DNA of 64,000 bases, taken from positions 76,072-140,071 of the forward strand of contig JAGATA010000003.1 of the NCBI GenBank assembly GCA_017621475.1. The letters are read 5' to 3'. The DNA comes from Clostridia bacterium (GTDB taxonomy: Bacteria; Bacillota; Clostridia; Oscillospirales; CAG-272). Positions 9,456 to 19,271 of this stretch are shown here, one piece after another; position 1 is the stretch's first letter; every line of letters begins with the position of its first letter. Under the pieces are notes generated by a model that ran no database searches, was not told where the DNA came from, and saw only the letters and a list, made by a program, of their open reading frames with translations. Both the position numbers and the translations under genes were made by a program.

Positions 9456-10856
9456 TTATAAAAGCATTTCAAGGGCCGCTGCGATTCTCTGACGGAGTTC
9501 GTCGGAAGAGATGATGTCATCGATATGACCGTTCTTTGCAGCCGCAACGGGAGTTGCGCATTTTTCTGCCCATTCAGCAGCAACTTTTGCGTGCTTGGAT
9601 TCGTCATCTACAAGACCGAGGAATGTAACAGCGGAGTTAGGTTCCATAGCGGCGATCTTTGCACTTTCAAGAGCGAGGCAAACATCAGCGCCGAGGGCTT
9701 TTGCACCCATAGCTGTGTAAGCGGCACCGTAGGAACGGCCGAGAGTTACCGTAACCTTGGGAACGTAAGAGAGAGCGTATGTTTTTGCAAGATTTGCAAT
9801 CTTTTTGGAGATGCCTTTCTTTTCGGCTTCTTCCGTAGCGGGGATACCGCAGCTGTCAACAAGAGTTACAACGGGGATGTCCTGTGCATCGCATTTTTCG
9901 ATAAATTCAGCCGCTTTGTCAGCTGCGCAACCGCAAAGGCGACCGTCTTTTTCAGCAGGATTATTTGCAACGACTGCAACAACGTGACCGTTCATTGTTG
10001 CAAGGCCGCAAACCATAGCTTTTGCGTGTTCTGCGTAAAGTTCTGTGAAGGAGCCTGCATCAAATACGTTTGCGATAACGTCGTGAACGTCATATGCGCC
10101 GTCTGTATTAACAGCAACAAGTCTGTTGGGTGTGTCGCCCGTAGCGATCTCACCGGTGAAGTAGGGGATGAGCTTTCTTGCTTTTGCAAGAGCGTCTGCA
10201 TCGTTTTCAGCAACGAGAGCAGCTGTGCCGTTTTTAGCAAGCTCTTCTGCTGTGCCGAGCTTTTCGCCTGCGGCGCTCATATACATTTTACCTGTGGAGC
10301 CTGCCGCGATAACGAAATCGAACATCTGCGCGATAACTGCAGCATGACCTGTGCAGGGACCTGCAACTATAGCGATCTGAGGAATCTCTGCGTTTGCTGC
10401 GCAAGCTATAATGGAACCGTAGCCGGCAAGAGCATCTGCTCCTTCAAGCACTTTTGCACCTGCGGAATCGAATACGCCGATAATGGGGGATTCAGCAACG
10501 ATTGCCATTTCGTAAATTTTTGCGATCTTTTTCGCGTGCATTTCACCGAGAGCACCGGAGAGTCTTGCAAAATCCTGAGAGAATGCGAAAACGAGAGTGC
10601 CGTCGATAGCGCCGTAACCTGTTACAACGGGTTCAAAGTTGTCGTCGTTTTCGGAATCGAGTTCTGTTGTCTTTCTGCCAACATACGCTCCGATCTCAAC
10701 GAATGTGCCTTCGTCGAACAGTGCGGCCATACGGGAAGCAGCAGAGAGCTTGCCTGCTTTTGCAAGTTCAGCATCTGCGCGAGCCTGTTCATCCGCAAGA
10801 GCTTTGCGCATTTCTGCGGCTGTCAAGCGAGATGAGAAAAAGTTTTTTTCAGCCAT
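9456..10856 (-). CDS. Acyl-CoA carboxyltransferase (12S / MmdA / PccB family), divergent
   Basis: Collinear by eye with transcarboxylase 12S (FDSAGAKVLEG, IAIVAGPCTGHAA, VVANNP, LVDSCG). At 466 aa it is shorter than usual, and the canonical GG oxyanion pairs are altered (TGHAA, YGAAY). Confidence 0.8.
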   Translation of the reverse strand: MAEKNFFSSRLTAAEMRKALADEQARADAELAKAGKLSAASRMAALFDEGTFVEIGAYVGRKTTELDSENDDNFEPVVTGYGAIDGTLVFAFSQDFARLSGALGEMHAKKIAKIYEMAIVAESPIIGVFDSAGAKVLEGADALAGYGSIIACAANAEIPQIAIVAGPCTGHAAVIAQMFDFVIAAGSTGKMYMSAAGEKLGTAEELAKNGTAALVAENDADALAKARKLIPYFTGEIATGDTPNRLVAVNTDGAYDVHDVIANVFDAGSFTELYAEHAKAMVCGLATMNGHVVAVVANNPAEKDGRLCGCAADKAAEFIEKCDAQDIPVVTLVDSCGIPATEEAEKKGISKKIANLAKTYALSYVPKVTVTLGRSYGAAYTAMGAKALGADVCLALESAKIAAMEPNSAVTFLGLVDDESKHAKVAAEWAEKCATPVAAAKNGHIDDIISSDELRQRIAAALEMLL

Positions 10857-10992
10857 TTTTTGTCTTCCTTTCCGACCTTTTTGGTCAAAACAAAGATTAA
10901 GTCTTATTTTTCAGAACGGGAAATTTTCGTTTTGTCACACAGGCTTGGGTATGGCGAAACTATTCTCCCCCATTCTAAAATACTATATTGAA

Positions 10993-11021
10993 ATTTTATC
11001 ACAAATAAGCAAAAATAGCAA
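10993..11021 (-). promoter_or_regulatory. Sigma-A-type promoter of the decarboxylase operon
   Basis: Minus strand TTGCTA-17 nt-TAAAAT with a TGn extended -10, ~130 nt upstream of the 10856 start. Confidence 0.45.
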
Positions 11022-11111
11022 GCCTTTTCCGCATTATTTTGATTATATATTTGTTATTTGCTCTATATATTGTAGAGCCGTCTGGTACGTAAGGAGGCAT
11101 ATGTAAAAAAG

Positions 11112-11144
11112 AAAAAAAGCCGCTGTGTGTGCGCGGCTTTTTTT
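11112..11144 (-). terminator. Terminator downstream of ackA (A-run/T-run flanked, bidirectional shape)
   Basis: agccgc / gcggct stem flanked by an A7 and a T7 run. Confidence 0.6.
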
Positions 11145-11159
11145 CGGTAGATATCAAAA

Positions 11160-12365
11160 TTAAAGATTGGAAACGATGTCTGCTGTGTCGGAAGCGATCA
11201 TAAGCTCTTCGTTTGTGGGGATCACCCAAACGGCAACCTTGGAGTTCTTTGTGGAGAGCTTAACGTTGTCGGATTGACGGAATGTTTTTGCGTTGAGTTC
11301 TTCGTCGATCTCGATTCCGTAGAATTCCATATTCTTGCAAACTCTTTCGCGGAGCTCTACGTTGTTTTCGCCCATACCTGCTGTAAATACGACAGCATCA
11401 AGTCCGTTCATTGCGGCAGCGTAAGAACCGATGTATTTTTTGATCTGGTATGCAAGAATGTTTGCGGCGAGCTCGCATCTCTTGTTGCCTTCAAGAATGC
11501 CTGCTTCAACGTCACGGCTGTCGGAAGATACGCCGGAAACGCCGAGGAAACCGCACTTCTTGTTCATAAAGTTATCCATTTCATCGGGTGTGAAGCCTTC
11601 TTTTTTCATAACGAACGTTACGATAGCGGGGTCGATAGCGCCGCAACGTGTACCCATTTCAACACCGTCAAGGGGAGTAAAGCCCATTGTTGTGTCGATA
11701 ACCTTGCCGCCCTTAACAGCGGAGATTGAAGAACCGTTACCAACGTGGCAAGTAACGATTTTTGTTTCTTCTACGGGCTTGTCGAGGAGCTTTGCCATTT
11801 CGCGGGAAACGAACTTGTGGCTTGTGCCGTGAAAGCCGTAGCGACGAATGTTATATTTTTCGCACATTTCATAGGGAAGAGCGTATGTATAAGCTTCTGC
11901 GGGCATTGTCTGGTGGAATGCTGTATCGAATACGAGAACCTGGGGAACTGTGGGCATAACAGCCTTACAGCCTTCGATACCCATAATAGCTGCGGGTGTG
12001 TGGAGAGGAGCGAGGTCGCGGCAGAGTTCAAGCTTTGCAAGAACTTCATCTGTGAGAAGGCAGCTTTCGAAGAAGTAAGGACCGCCGTGAACGACTCTGT
12101 GACCGATAGCTTCGATTTCATCCATGCTTGCAAGGCAACCGTATTCCTTGCCTGTGAGGGCATCTACAACGATCTTTGTTGCAACAGAGTGGTTGGGCAT
12201 AGAAATTTCTTCTGTCCATCTTCTTCCGTCGGCGCATTTGTGATCGATCTTACCATCAATACCGATTCTTTCGCAGATACCTTTAGCTAGAACTTCGCCT
12301 GTTACTGTGTCGAAAAGCTGATATTTAAGAGAAGAGCTTCCGGCATTTACTACCAATACTTTCAT
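11160..12365 (-). CDS. ackA: Acetate kinase
   Basis: MKVLVVNAGSSSLKYQLFD N-terminus, 401 aa, collinear with AckA throughout. Confidence 0.95.
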   Translation of the reverse strand: MKVLVVNAGSSSLKYQLFDTVTGEVLAKGICERIGIDGKIDHKCADGRRWTEEISMPNHSVATKIVVDALTGKEYGCLASMDEIEAIGHRVVHGGPYFFESCLLTDEVLAKLELCRDLAPLHTPAAIMGIEGCKAVMPTVPQVLVFDTAFHQTMPAEAYTYALPYEMCEKYNIRRYGFHGTSHKFVSREMAKLLDKPVEETKIVTCHVGNGSSISAVKGGKVIDTTMGFTPLDGVEMGTRCGAIDPAIVTFVMKKEGFTPDEMDNFMNKKCGFLGVSGVSSDSRDVEAGILEGNKRCELAANILAYQIKKYIGSYAAAMNGLDAVVFTAGMGENNVELRERVCKNMEFYGIEIDEELNAKTFRQSDNVKLSTKNSKVAVWVIPTNEELMIASDTADIVSNL

Positions 12366-12522
12366 TAAAAAACCTCCGTATAATTCCGATTGATTTTTGT
12401 GTAATAATATATTATAATTAGTGATATAAATAATCGCTTATAATTATTATACATACTGTAACCATTATTTTCAATAGAAAATACCAATAATTTTTATGAA
12501 AAAAGTAAAAAGGGGCGCGAAA

Positions 12523-13710
12523 ATGAAGAATTTTGCCGTTGTTTGTGAATATAATCCGTTTCATTTCGGACACGAATATCATATTTCCGAACTGAAAAAA
12601 CAGGGTGCAAATGTTATATGCGTAATGAGCGGAGATTTTTGCCAGCGCGGCGAAGCGGCCGTGCTCGATAAATACGCTCGCGCCCGTGCGGCGCTTTCGG
12701 GCGGTGCTGATCTTGTTTTGGAACTTCCTTTCCCGTATAGTGCTGCCGGTGCGGAAAAATTTGCTTTCGGCGCTTTGGATATAATAAGCCGCCTTGGTTT
12801 TTCCACAGAGCTTTCCTTTGGGAGCGAATGCGGGGATGCGGACACTATTTTAAGAACGGCAAAAAATACTCTATCGGAAGAGTTTAAAACGCTGCTTACA
12901 AAAGAACTTGGCGAAAACCCCGAAAAGCCTTTTGCAAGCGTGTATTTTGATACATATCACTCTCTTTTCCGTGAGGAGGGAATCTTCACAGGCTCAAATA
13001 ATATTCTCGGAGTGGCATACGCTTCGCAGATAGTTGAAAGAGGCTTGCCTGTTTCGATTTCGACGATAAAACGTGCAGGGCAAAATTTTGGCGGCACCGG
13101 CGAAGGCCTTGCCAGCGCCACCCATATTCGCGAAAAGCTTTTTAAAGAAGGAATAATGTCTTTAAAAGAGCTTATGCCGAAATATTCATATGAAATTTTG
13201 AAGTCGGAGGCGGAAGCCGAAAGAATCGTTTACCCGGAAGGAATGTTTAATATATTTACGTCTTTTTTGCGTATGCACGTTCCATCCGATATTGCCCATT
13301 TTGCAGAGAATGATATAAGCCTTGTTGCGCGGCTTATAAAAGCGGGGAAAGAAGCGCATAGCTCTGAAGAGCTTTTTGCGTTTGCCGCAACGAAAAAATA
13401 CTCTCCCTCTCGCGTGCGCCGCGCTCTGCTTTTCTCATATTTTGGTGTAACACAGGAAATGCTGTGTACGCCACCTGCATACACAACGCTTCTTGCGGCG
13501 AATGCACGCGGCAGAGAGCTTCTGTCCGTATCGCGAAAAAATGCGAGCATTCCCATTATAACAAAACTTGCAGATTACGAAAAATACGGGGAAGACGTAA
13601 AGCGTGCTTTCGAGTTTTCAGAAAAAGCCGCCTCTGTCCGCGCTTTGGCGCAGGGAAAAGTGGGGAGCGCATCTGAACTGATGAAGAAAGCTCCGTATAT
13701 AGAAAAGTAA
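12523..13710 (+). CDS. tmcAL: tRNA(Met) cytidine acetate ligase (YlbM/UPF0348 nucleotidyltransferase)
   Basis: MKNFAVVCEYNPFHFGHEYH matches the TmcAL N-terminal HxGH nucleotidyltransferase motif. Start chosen at an internal ATG after aagggg. Confidence 0.75.
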   Translation: MKNFAVVCEYNPFHFGHEYHISELKKQGANVICVMSGDFCQRGEAAVLDKYARARAALSGGADLVLELPFPYSAAGAEKFAFGALDIISRLGFSTELSFGSECGDADTILRTAKNTLSEEFKTLLTKELGENPEKPFASVYFDTYHSLFREEGIFTGSNNILGVAYASQIVERGLPVSISTIKRAGQNFGGTGEGLASATHIREKLFKEGIMSLKELMPKYSYEILKSEAEAERIVYPEGMFNIFTSFLRMHVPSDIAHFAENDISLVARLIKAGKEAHSSEELFAFAATKKYSPSRVRRALLFSYFGVTQEMLCTPPAYTTLLAANARGRELLSVSRKNASIPIITKLADYEKYGEDVKRAFEFSEKAASVRALAQGKVGSASELMKKAPYIEK

Positions 13711-13724
13711 GATAAAACTTCTTT

Positions 13725-13754
13725 GCCGCCCTTTTTCAAGAAAGGGCGGCTTTT
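13725..13754 (+). terminator. Rho-independent terminator
   Basis: gccgcccttt / aaagggcggc stem, 6-nt loop, TTTT. Confidence 0.7.
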
Positions 13755-13781
13755 GCATATACTGTAACGGAGGTGATATTT

Positions 13782-14684
13782 ATGATAAAAGGCTCAATAG
13801 CCGCCATTGTCACGCCTTTTCTTGAAAATGGAGAAATAGACTTTCATTGTTACGGTAAAATTATCGAATTTCATATAGAAAATCATACGGACGGAATAGT
13901 TGTTCTCGGCACGACGGGGGAAGCACCCACGGTAAGTGACGCCGAAGCCGCAGGGCTTGTAGATTACGCGGTCAGTATCGCACAGGGACGCATACCTATA
14001 ATCGCGGGGTGCGGCTCCAACGACACGTCAAGAGCGAAAAAGAAATGTATCGCCGCGCAAAAAGCAGGAGCTGACGCAATACTTTTACTTACGCCTTATT
14101 ATAACAAGACCAATTCAGATGGAATGATAAAGCATTTTACGGAGTGCGCGGACAGCGTGGATATCCCCATTATAATTTACAACGTTCCTTCACGTACGGG
14201 CTGCTCCGTCACGCTGGAACAGCTTGCGATTCTAAAACAGCATCCCAATATCGTGGGCATCAAAGAAGCAAGCGGAAATATCGGCTTTTTTACCCGAGTG
14301 TGCGCGCTTGCGGATGAAAATTTTGCTGTATATTGCGGATGCGATGAATTTAACGTGCCTGCGCTTGCGGCAGGTGCTGTCGGTATAATTTCCGTGCTTG
14401 CAAACATTTTGCCGCAGGAATGCCACGAGATGGTATCTCTTATGGAAAAGGGAGAGCTTGCGCAGGCAAGAGCGATGCAGCACCGCTACGGCGCGCTTAT
14501 TTCCGCGCTGTTTCTTGAGGTGAACCCAATACCCGTGAAAACGGCTGTGAATATACTGAATTTTAATGAGGTTGGCAATATCGGTTCATTTCGCTTGCCG
14601 CTTTATGAGATGAGTGCGGGCGCACGCGAAATACTTGTGCGCGAACTTGATAAGGTAAGAGAAGATTTTGAAAAATATCAATAA
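13782..14684 (+). CDS. dapA: 4-hydroxy-tetrahydrodipicolinate synthase
   Basis: ggagg RBS then ATG. GSIAAIVTPF, GTTGE and YNVPSRTG motifs. Confidence 0.9.
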   Translation: MIKGSIAAIVTPFLENGEIDFHCYGKIIEFHIENHTDGIVVLGTTGEAPTVSDAEAAGLVDYAVSIAQGRIPIIAGCGSNDTSRAKKKCIAAQKAGADAILLLTPYYNKTNSDGMIKHFTECADSVDIPIIIYNVPSRTGCSVTLEQLAILKQHPNIVGIKEASGNIGFFTRVCALADENFAVYCGCDEFNVPALAAGAVGIISVLANILPQECHEMVSLMEKGELAQARAMQHRYGALISALFLEVNPIPVKTAVNILNFNEVGNIGSFRLPLYEMSAGAREILVRELDKVREDFEKYQ

Positions 14685-14717
14685 AAAAACTGTGATGCGT
14701 GAGCATCACAGTTTTTT
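14684..14717. terminator. Bidirectional terminator between dapA and ispH-S1
   Basis: aaaaaactgtgatgc / gcatcacagtttttt 15-bp arms with a 4-nt loop, and A/T runs on both sides. Confidence 0.7.
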
Positions 14718-14733
14718 GTTTGTGAAAATCAAA

Positions 14734-16701
14734 TTATTCAGCGTCTTCTGCAGGAGCTGCAACTTCGTTTTCTTCGTTAAGAAGAGCACGAACGGAGAGG
14801 CTTACTTTCTTGTTTTCGGTGTCGATCTCGAGGATCTTAGCTTTTACAACGTCGCCTTTCTTGAGTACTTCAGCGGGTGTAGCAAGCTTCTTGTTAGCGA
14901 TCTGAGAAATGTGGATAAGACCGTCAACACCGGGGATAACCTGTGCGAATGCACCGAAGGGCATAATGGAAACAACTGTTACGTCTGCAACATCACCAAC
15001 TGCGTAGTTGGATGTGAAAGCGTTCCATGGGTTTGTTTCTTCTGTCTTGTAGCCGAGGGATACTCTGCCTTTTTCACGGTCGAAAGCTTTAACGAAAACT
15101 TTGATCTCGTCGCCAACGGAAACAACTTCCTTGGGGTTAGCGATTCTTGTCCAGGAGAGCTCAGATGTATGTACCATACCATCTACGCCGCCGAGGTCAA
15201 CGAATGCACCGTAGTTTGTAAGGCTCTTAACCTTACCAACGTAGAATTTGTCAACTTCAACTTCTGCCCAGAATGCTTCTTCAGCAGCTTTGCGTTCTTC
15301 CATAACTACCTTGCGGATGGAAGCAACAACGTGACGTTTTTCGGGTGTAACTTCGATGATCTTGAATTTCTGAACTGTGCCAACGATGGAAGAAAGATCG
15401 CCGCCGCGTGCAACCATTGTCTGGGATGCGGGGATAAAGATTCTGTTGGAAAGAGCATATGCGATAACGCCGCCCTTAACAGCTTCTGTGATCTTACCTT
15501 CGATAATTGTTTCGTTTTCGGCAGCTTCAACAACCTTCTGCCAGTCTTTCTGTGCGTCAACCTTCTTCTTGGAAAGCATTGCGATACCGTCGAGGTCACT
15601 TACTCTGATAGCGATAGCATCAACTGTGTCGCCAACTTTAAACAGGTTTTCAAGTTTGGCTGTGGGGTCGTCTGTAACATTTTCAAGTGTAAGGATACCT
15701 GTTACCTTGGAACCGATATCAACGTGTACTTCTGTATTGGATACGGATGTAACAACACCGGATACTTTGTCTCCTGTATTTAAAGTTTTGAAAGATTCAT
15801 CAAGAAGCTGTGCGAAATTTTCCTGTTCGCTCATGATTTTTTTTACCTCCTCAATCATGTAACCGGGCGTGGAAGCTCCGGCTGCGATGCCCACGTGGGA
15901 CATCTGTGTTATATTTTTCGGAATGTCTTCGAAATGTTCTACAAAGAATGTGTGCGGGTTGTTTTTGCGGCTGATCTCAAAAAGCTTCTTCGTATTGGAG
16001 CTGTTTTTGCCGCCGATAACCAAAATGGCATCACATTTTTGCGAAAGTTTTTCCACTTCTAACTGACGATTTTCCGTAACACAACATATTGTATCAAAAA
16101 TAAGCGGATTTGTACATACTTTTTTGAGAAATTCTTGACAATTTTTATATTCTGCAAGATTTTGGGTTGTTTGAGACGCCAAAATTGTTCGTTTTGAGTG
16201 CAACTTTTGTGCATTTTGACTTTTTATAAAAATTTCAAGCTTTTCTTTTGAATCAAAAATAAAGAATTCTCCCTTTATATGGCTCGCAATACCTATCACT
16301 TCCGGGTGGTTTTCCGTGCCGAAGAGAAGGGTGAGTGTATCTTTATTTGTGTGTTCATCTGCAATGGAATGTATTTTGGAAACAAAGGGGCAAGTGCAAT
16401 CGATAAGGGTCGCTCCGCTTGCGGCGAGCCTTTCTGCAACAGATTTTTTTACACCGTGAGCGCGGATGACAAAAACCAAGTTTTTCACATCCTCGGATTC
16501 GACAAGAGACAGTGCCTCATCCTCATCCAATACGTTTACGCCCAAGGAGCTGAGTTTTTCCGTTATAACGGGATTGTGAATAAGCAACCCCAGTGTATAT
16601 ATCTTTTTGCCTTTGTATTCTTCAATAATATTGTAAACGGTATTTACGGCGCGTTCAACGCCGAAACAAAAGCCTGCATATTTTGCAACGGTTATTTCCA
16701 T
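14734..16701 (-). CDS. ispH: Bifunctional IspH (HMBPP reductase) / ribosomal protein S1-domain fusion
   Basis: N-terminus MEITVAKYAGFCFGVERAV matches IspH. The C-terminal half has repeated S1 domains (GxVxxVxxxGAFVDLGGVDG). This fusion is known in Clostridia. Confidence 0.9.
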   Translation of the reverse strand: MEITVAKYAGFCFGVERAVNTVYNIIEEYKGKKIYTLGLLIHNPVITEKLSSLGVNVLDEDEALSLVESEDVKNLVFVIRAHGVKKSVAERLAASGATLIDCTCPFVSKIHSIADEHTNKDTLTLLFGTENHPEVIGIASHIKGEFFIFDSKEKLEIFIKSQNAQKLHSKRTILASQTTQNLAEYKNCQEFLKKVCTNPLIFDTICCVTENRQLEVEKLSQKCDAILVIGGKNSSNTKKLFEISRKNNPHTFFVEHFEDIPKNITQMSHVGIAAGASTPGYMIEEVKKIMSEQENFAQLLDESFKTLNTGDKVSGVVTSVSNTEVHVDIGSKVTGILTLENVTDDPTAKLENLFKVGDTVDAIAIRVSDLDGIAMLSKKKVDAQKDWQKVVEAAENETIIEGKITEAVKGGVIAYALSNRIFIPASQTMVARGGDLSSIVGTVQKFKIIEVTPEKRHVVASIRKVVMEERKAAEEAFWAEVEVDKFYVGKVKSLTNYGAFVDLGGVDGMVHTSELSWTRIANPKEVVSVGDEIKVFVKAFDREKGRVSLGYKTEETNPWNAFTSNYAVGDVADVTVVSIMPFGAFAQVIPGVDGLIHISQIANKKLATPAEVLKKGDVVKAKILEIDTENKKVSLSVRALLNEENEVAAPAEDAE

Positions 16702-16704
16702 AGC

Positions 16705-17343
16705 TTATTCTTCCGTTTTTTTATCGGGATTGAGCGCGCAAATTCTTTCTGCGATGAGTTTGGTTGCGGCGTTCACTTTTGCGAATCTGCTCTCATCAGG
16801 AGCGCTTTCCGCTTCAAATCCGAGTTCTTCATATTTTATCATATCTCCGAAGTAAATATCAACCCTTCTGAAGAATTTTGTTCTGTAATTTTTCGGTTTT
16901 ATATAAACGGGAAGAATATCGCATTTTGCTTCGCGCGCAATCATACCGGCACCGCTGCGAAACTCTGAAACTTCGGGGGCTTTATCTCTGTGGCGTGTAC
17001 CCTGCGGGAATATGCAAACGACCTTGCCTTCCTTGAGTTTATCAATAGCGCCGTGAAGCGCTTTTGTGTCTGCCAAGCCGCGTTTTATCGGAATAACGCC
17101 AAGACGGATCGCCAAGAAGCGAAGAATGGGGTTTTTCATTATCTCCGCTTTAGCGATAAAGTGTATCTGCTGTTTTGTGCCGATGGCAACAAAACAGATA
17201 TCGTGAGCGCTCACATGGTTTGCGCATATAAGATAAGATGCTTTTTTATCCGGTCTTTTTTCTTTGTTATGATATTTTTTCGGGAAACAAATGAAATAAA
17301 ATATTTTTACAAAAAACAGTAATACTGCGTAAAGTGCGTTCAT
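16705..17343 (-). CDS. plsC: 1-acyl-sn-glycerol-3-phosphate acyltransferase
   Basis: NHVSAHD (HX4D) and FPQGTR motifs. The start overlaps the cmk stop (ATGA). Confidence 0.8.
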   Translation of the reverse strand: MNALYAVLLFFVKIFYFICFPKKYHNKEKRPDKKASYLICANHVSAHDICFVAIGTKQQIHFIAKAEIMKNPILRFLAIRLGVIPIKRGLADTKALHGAIDKLKEGKVVCIFPQGTRHRDKAPEVSEFRSGAGMIAREAKCDILPVYIKPKNYRTKFFRRVDIYFGDMIKYEELGFEAESAPDESRFAKVNAATKLIAERICALNPDKKTEE

Positions 17344-18002
17344 TTTATCTTCTCCATTATAATATTTATTGCCGTTTCAAGCGTTTTTTCAAGAGATTCG
17401 GAATTGTCGAGCATTATTGCGTCTGCAGCAGGAATAGCGGGAGCGATCTTTCTTGTGGAGTCGCTCTTATCGCGCTCTGCCATGGTTTTCTTGACCTCTT
17501 CAAGTGTTATGCTTTCTCCTTTTACGAGAAGCTCCTCGTGTCTGCGCTTCGCTTTTGCTTCATCGCTTGCGTTCATAAAAAATTTTACCGTGGCATCGGG
17601 GAGTATTACTGTGCCGATGTCGCGGCCGTCCATTATGACGTTATTCGTCTTTGCCATATCTCGCTGGAGGTCGAGAAGGAACGCACGAACTGCGGGAAGT
17701 GCGGACACTTTTGAGGCGCACATAGAGATTTCGTTAGTGCGAATCTTATCGGAAACATCCTCTCCGCAAAGGAACATTCTTTGCGCGCCGTCTATGTACT
17801 TTACTTCAAGCGTAAGAGAGGGAAGAAGCGCGCATACCGCGCCTTCGTCCGTGGGGTCTGCTCCGTTTCTGAGAGTGAAAAGTGCTATCGTACGGTACAT
17901 CGCGCCCGTGTCAACGTAGATGTAGCCGAGCTTTTTTGCAAGTGCTTTTGCAACGGTGCTTTTGCCCGCACCGGAGGGACCGTCAAGTGCTATGCTTATC
18001 AT
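17340..18002 (-). CDS. cmk: Cytidylate kinase
   Basis: ISIALDGPSGAGKSTVAKALA..YVDTGAMYR. Start moved to the second ATG (18002), which has an AAGAGG SD 6 nt upstream and removes the overlap with the upstream gene. Confidence 0.9.
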   Translation of the reverse strand: MISIALDGPSGAGKSTVAKALAKKLGYIYVDTGAMYRTIALFTLRNGADPTDEGAVCALLPSLTLEVKYIDGAQRMFLCGEDVSDKIRTNEISMCASKVSALPAVRAFLLDLQRDMAKTNNVIMDGRDIGTVILPDATVKFFMNASDEAKAKRRHEELLVKGESITLEEVKKTMAERDKSDSTRKIAPAIPAADAIMLDNSESLEKTLETAINIIMEKIK

Positions 18003-18003
18003 T

Positions 18004-19260
18004 TTATACCTCTTCATAAAGTTTATTTACCGCAGCTTCTGCCGCTTTCATTGCCGTGGAGAATGCTATCTGCAAATTGAAGCCGCCTGTGTATGCGTCA
18101 ACGTCGATGACTTCGCCCGCAAAATAAAGATTTTCCAATTTTTTCGCCTGCATAGTGTTTGGAGAAATTTCCGAAACCGCAACGCCGCCGCTTGTGACTA
18201 TTGCTTCGTTTATCGGGCGTGTGCCGCTTATTTTGACCGTAAATTTTTTAAGCACGCAAACAAGCTCGCGGCGCTCCTTTTGCTTTATGGAATTTACTTT
18301 TTTGTTCGCGGGAATGCCCGTGCGCGCAACGACGGGAGCTATCATGGAGGAGGGAAGCAGGTCGCAGAGCGCGTTTGCAAATTCCTTATTCTTGTATTTA
18401 TCAAAATCGGAAATTATTCTCTTATCAAGCTTTTCCTCATCGAGCGCGGGCTTTAGGTCTATTTGTACCTCGTACCTGTCCTTTTCCATCGGGCGCATAT
18501 GCGCGGATGCGGAAAGGATAGTGGGACCGCTTACACCGAAGTGTGTGAAGATCATCTCTCCGAAATCTTCGTATATTTTTTTGCTTTTCTTGCCCGTGTC
18601 TATAACGCAGACACCTACGTTTTTGAGTGCAAGGCCCTGCATTTCGGGGCAGCACGGGTCGTCCGAGGTAAGCCCGATAAGGGAGGGAATTGTGGGGGTT
18701 ACTTTAAGCCCAAGCTCCTCTGCAAAGCGAAGACCGTCGCCATCACTTCCTGTTCCGGGGTAGGAAACACCGCCCGTACAAACGATGACCGCGTCGAACT
18801 CGTATCTTCTTTTATCTGTTTCGACAAAAGCAATACGCTCTCCCGTTTCATTGGGAATAAGTGAAGTTACCTTTTCATTTACGATCTTTGCACCGCTTTC
18901 AAGCACATATTTTTTCAGCGCCATAACAACATCATGCGCTTTATCTGAAACGGGGAAGACCCTGTTTCCTCTTTCGGTTTTAAGCGGTACACCGAGGGAC
19001 TCGAAAAGCTCCATTGTATCGGCAGAGGAAAAAGAATTTATCGCGGAAAACATAAATTTTCCGTTCTTTGTCATATTTTTTATAAAATCGTCCGGCGTAC
19101 AGTTGTTCGTTACGTTGCATCTGCCCTTGCCCGTGATACCGAGCTTCATTCCGAGAAGTTTATTTTTCTCGAAAAGTGTAACGTCTGCACCCATAGACGC
19201 GGCTTTGCCTGCGGCGCACATTCCTGCGGGACCGCCGCCGATAACGGCTATTTTTTTCAT
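18004..19260 (-). CDS. NAD(P)/FAD-dependent oxidoreductase, HI0933/YhiN-like flavoprotein
   Basis: MKKIAVIGGGPAGM dinucleotide-binding N-terminus. 418 aa, collinear with the HI0933 family. Confidence 0.8.
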   Translation of the reverse strand: MKKIAVIGGGPAGMCAAGKAASMGADVTLFEKNKLLGMKLGITGKGRCNVTNNCTPDDFIKNMTKNGKFMFSAINSFSSADTMELFESLGVPLKTERGNRVFPVSDKAHDVVMALKKYVLESGAKIVNEKVTSLIPNETGERIAFVETDKRRYEFDAVIVCTGGVSYPGTGSDGDGLRFAEELGLKVTPTIPSLIGLTSDDPCCPEMQGLALKNVGVCVIDTGKKSKKIYEDFGEMIFTHFGVSGPTILSASAHMRPMEKDRYEVQIDLKPALDEEKLDKRIISDFDKYKNKEFANALCDLLPSSMIAPVVARTGIPANKKVNSIKQKERRELVCVLKKFTVKISGTRPINEAIVTSGGVAVSEISPNTMQAKKLENLYFAGEVIDVDAYTGGFNLQIAFSTAMKAAEAAVNKLYEEV

Positions 19261-19271
19261 CGATTCACCTC

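Noticed and set aside
9525-10835. 436-aa ORF on the plus strand
   Set aside because: It is the codon-aligned antisense shadow of the 12S-type carboxyltransferase gene, and its product is Cys-rich and low in complexity.
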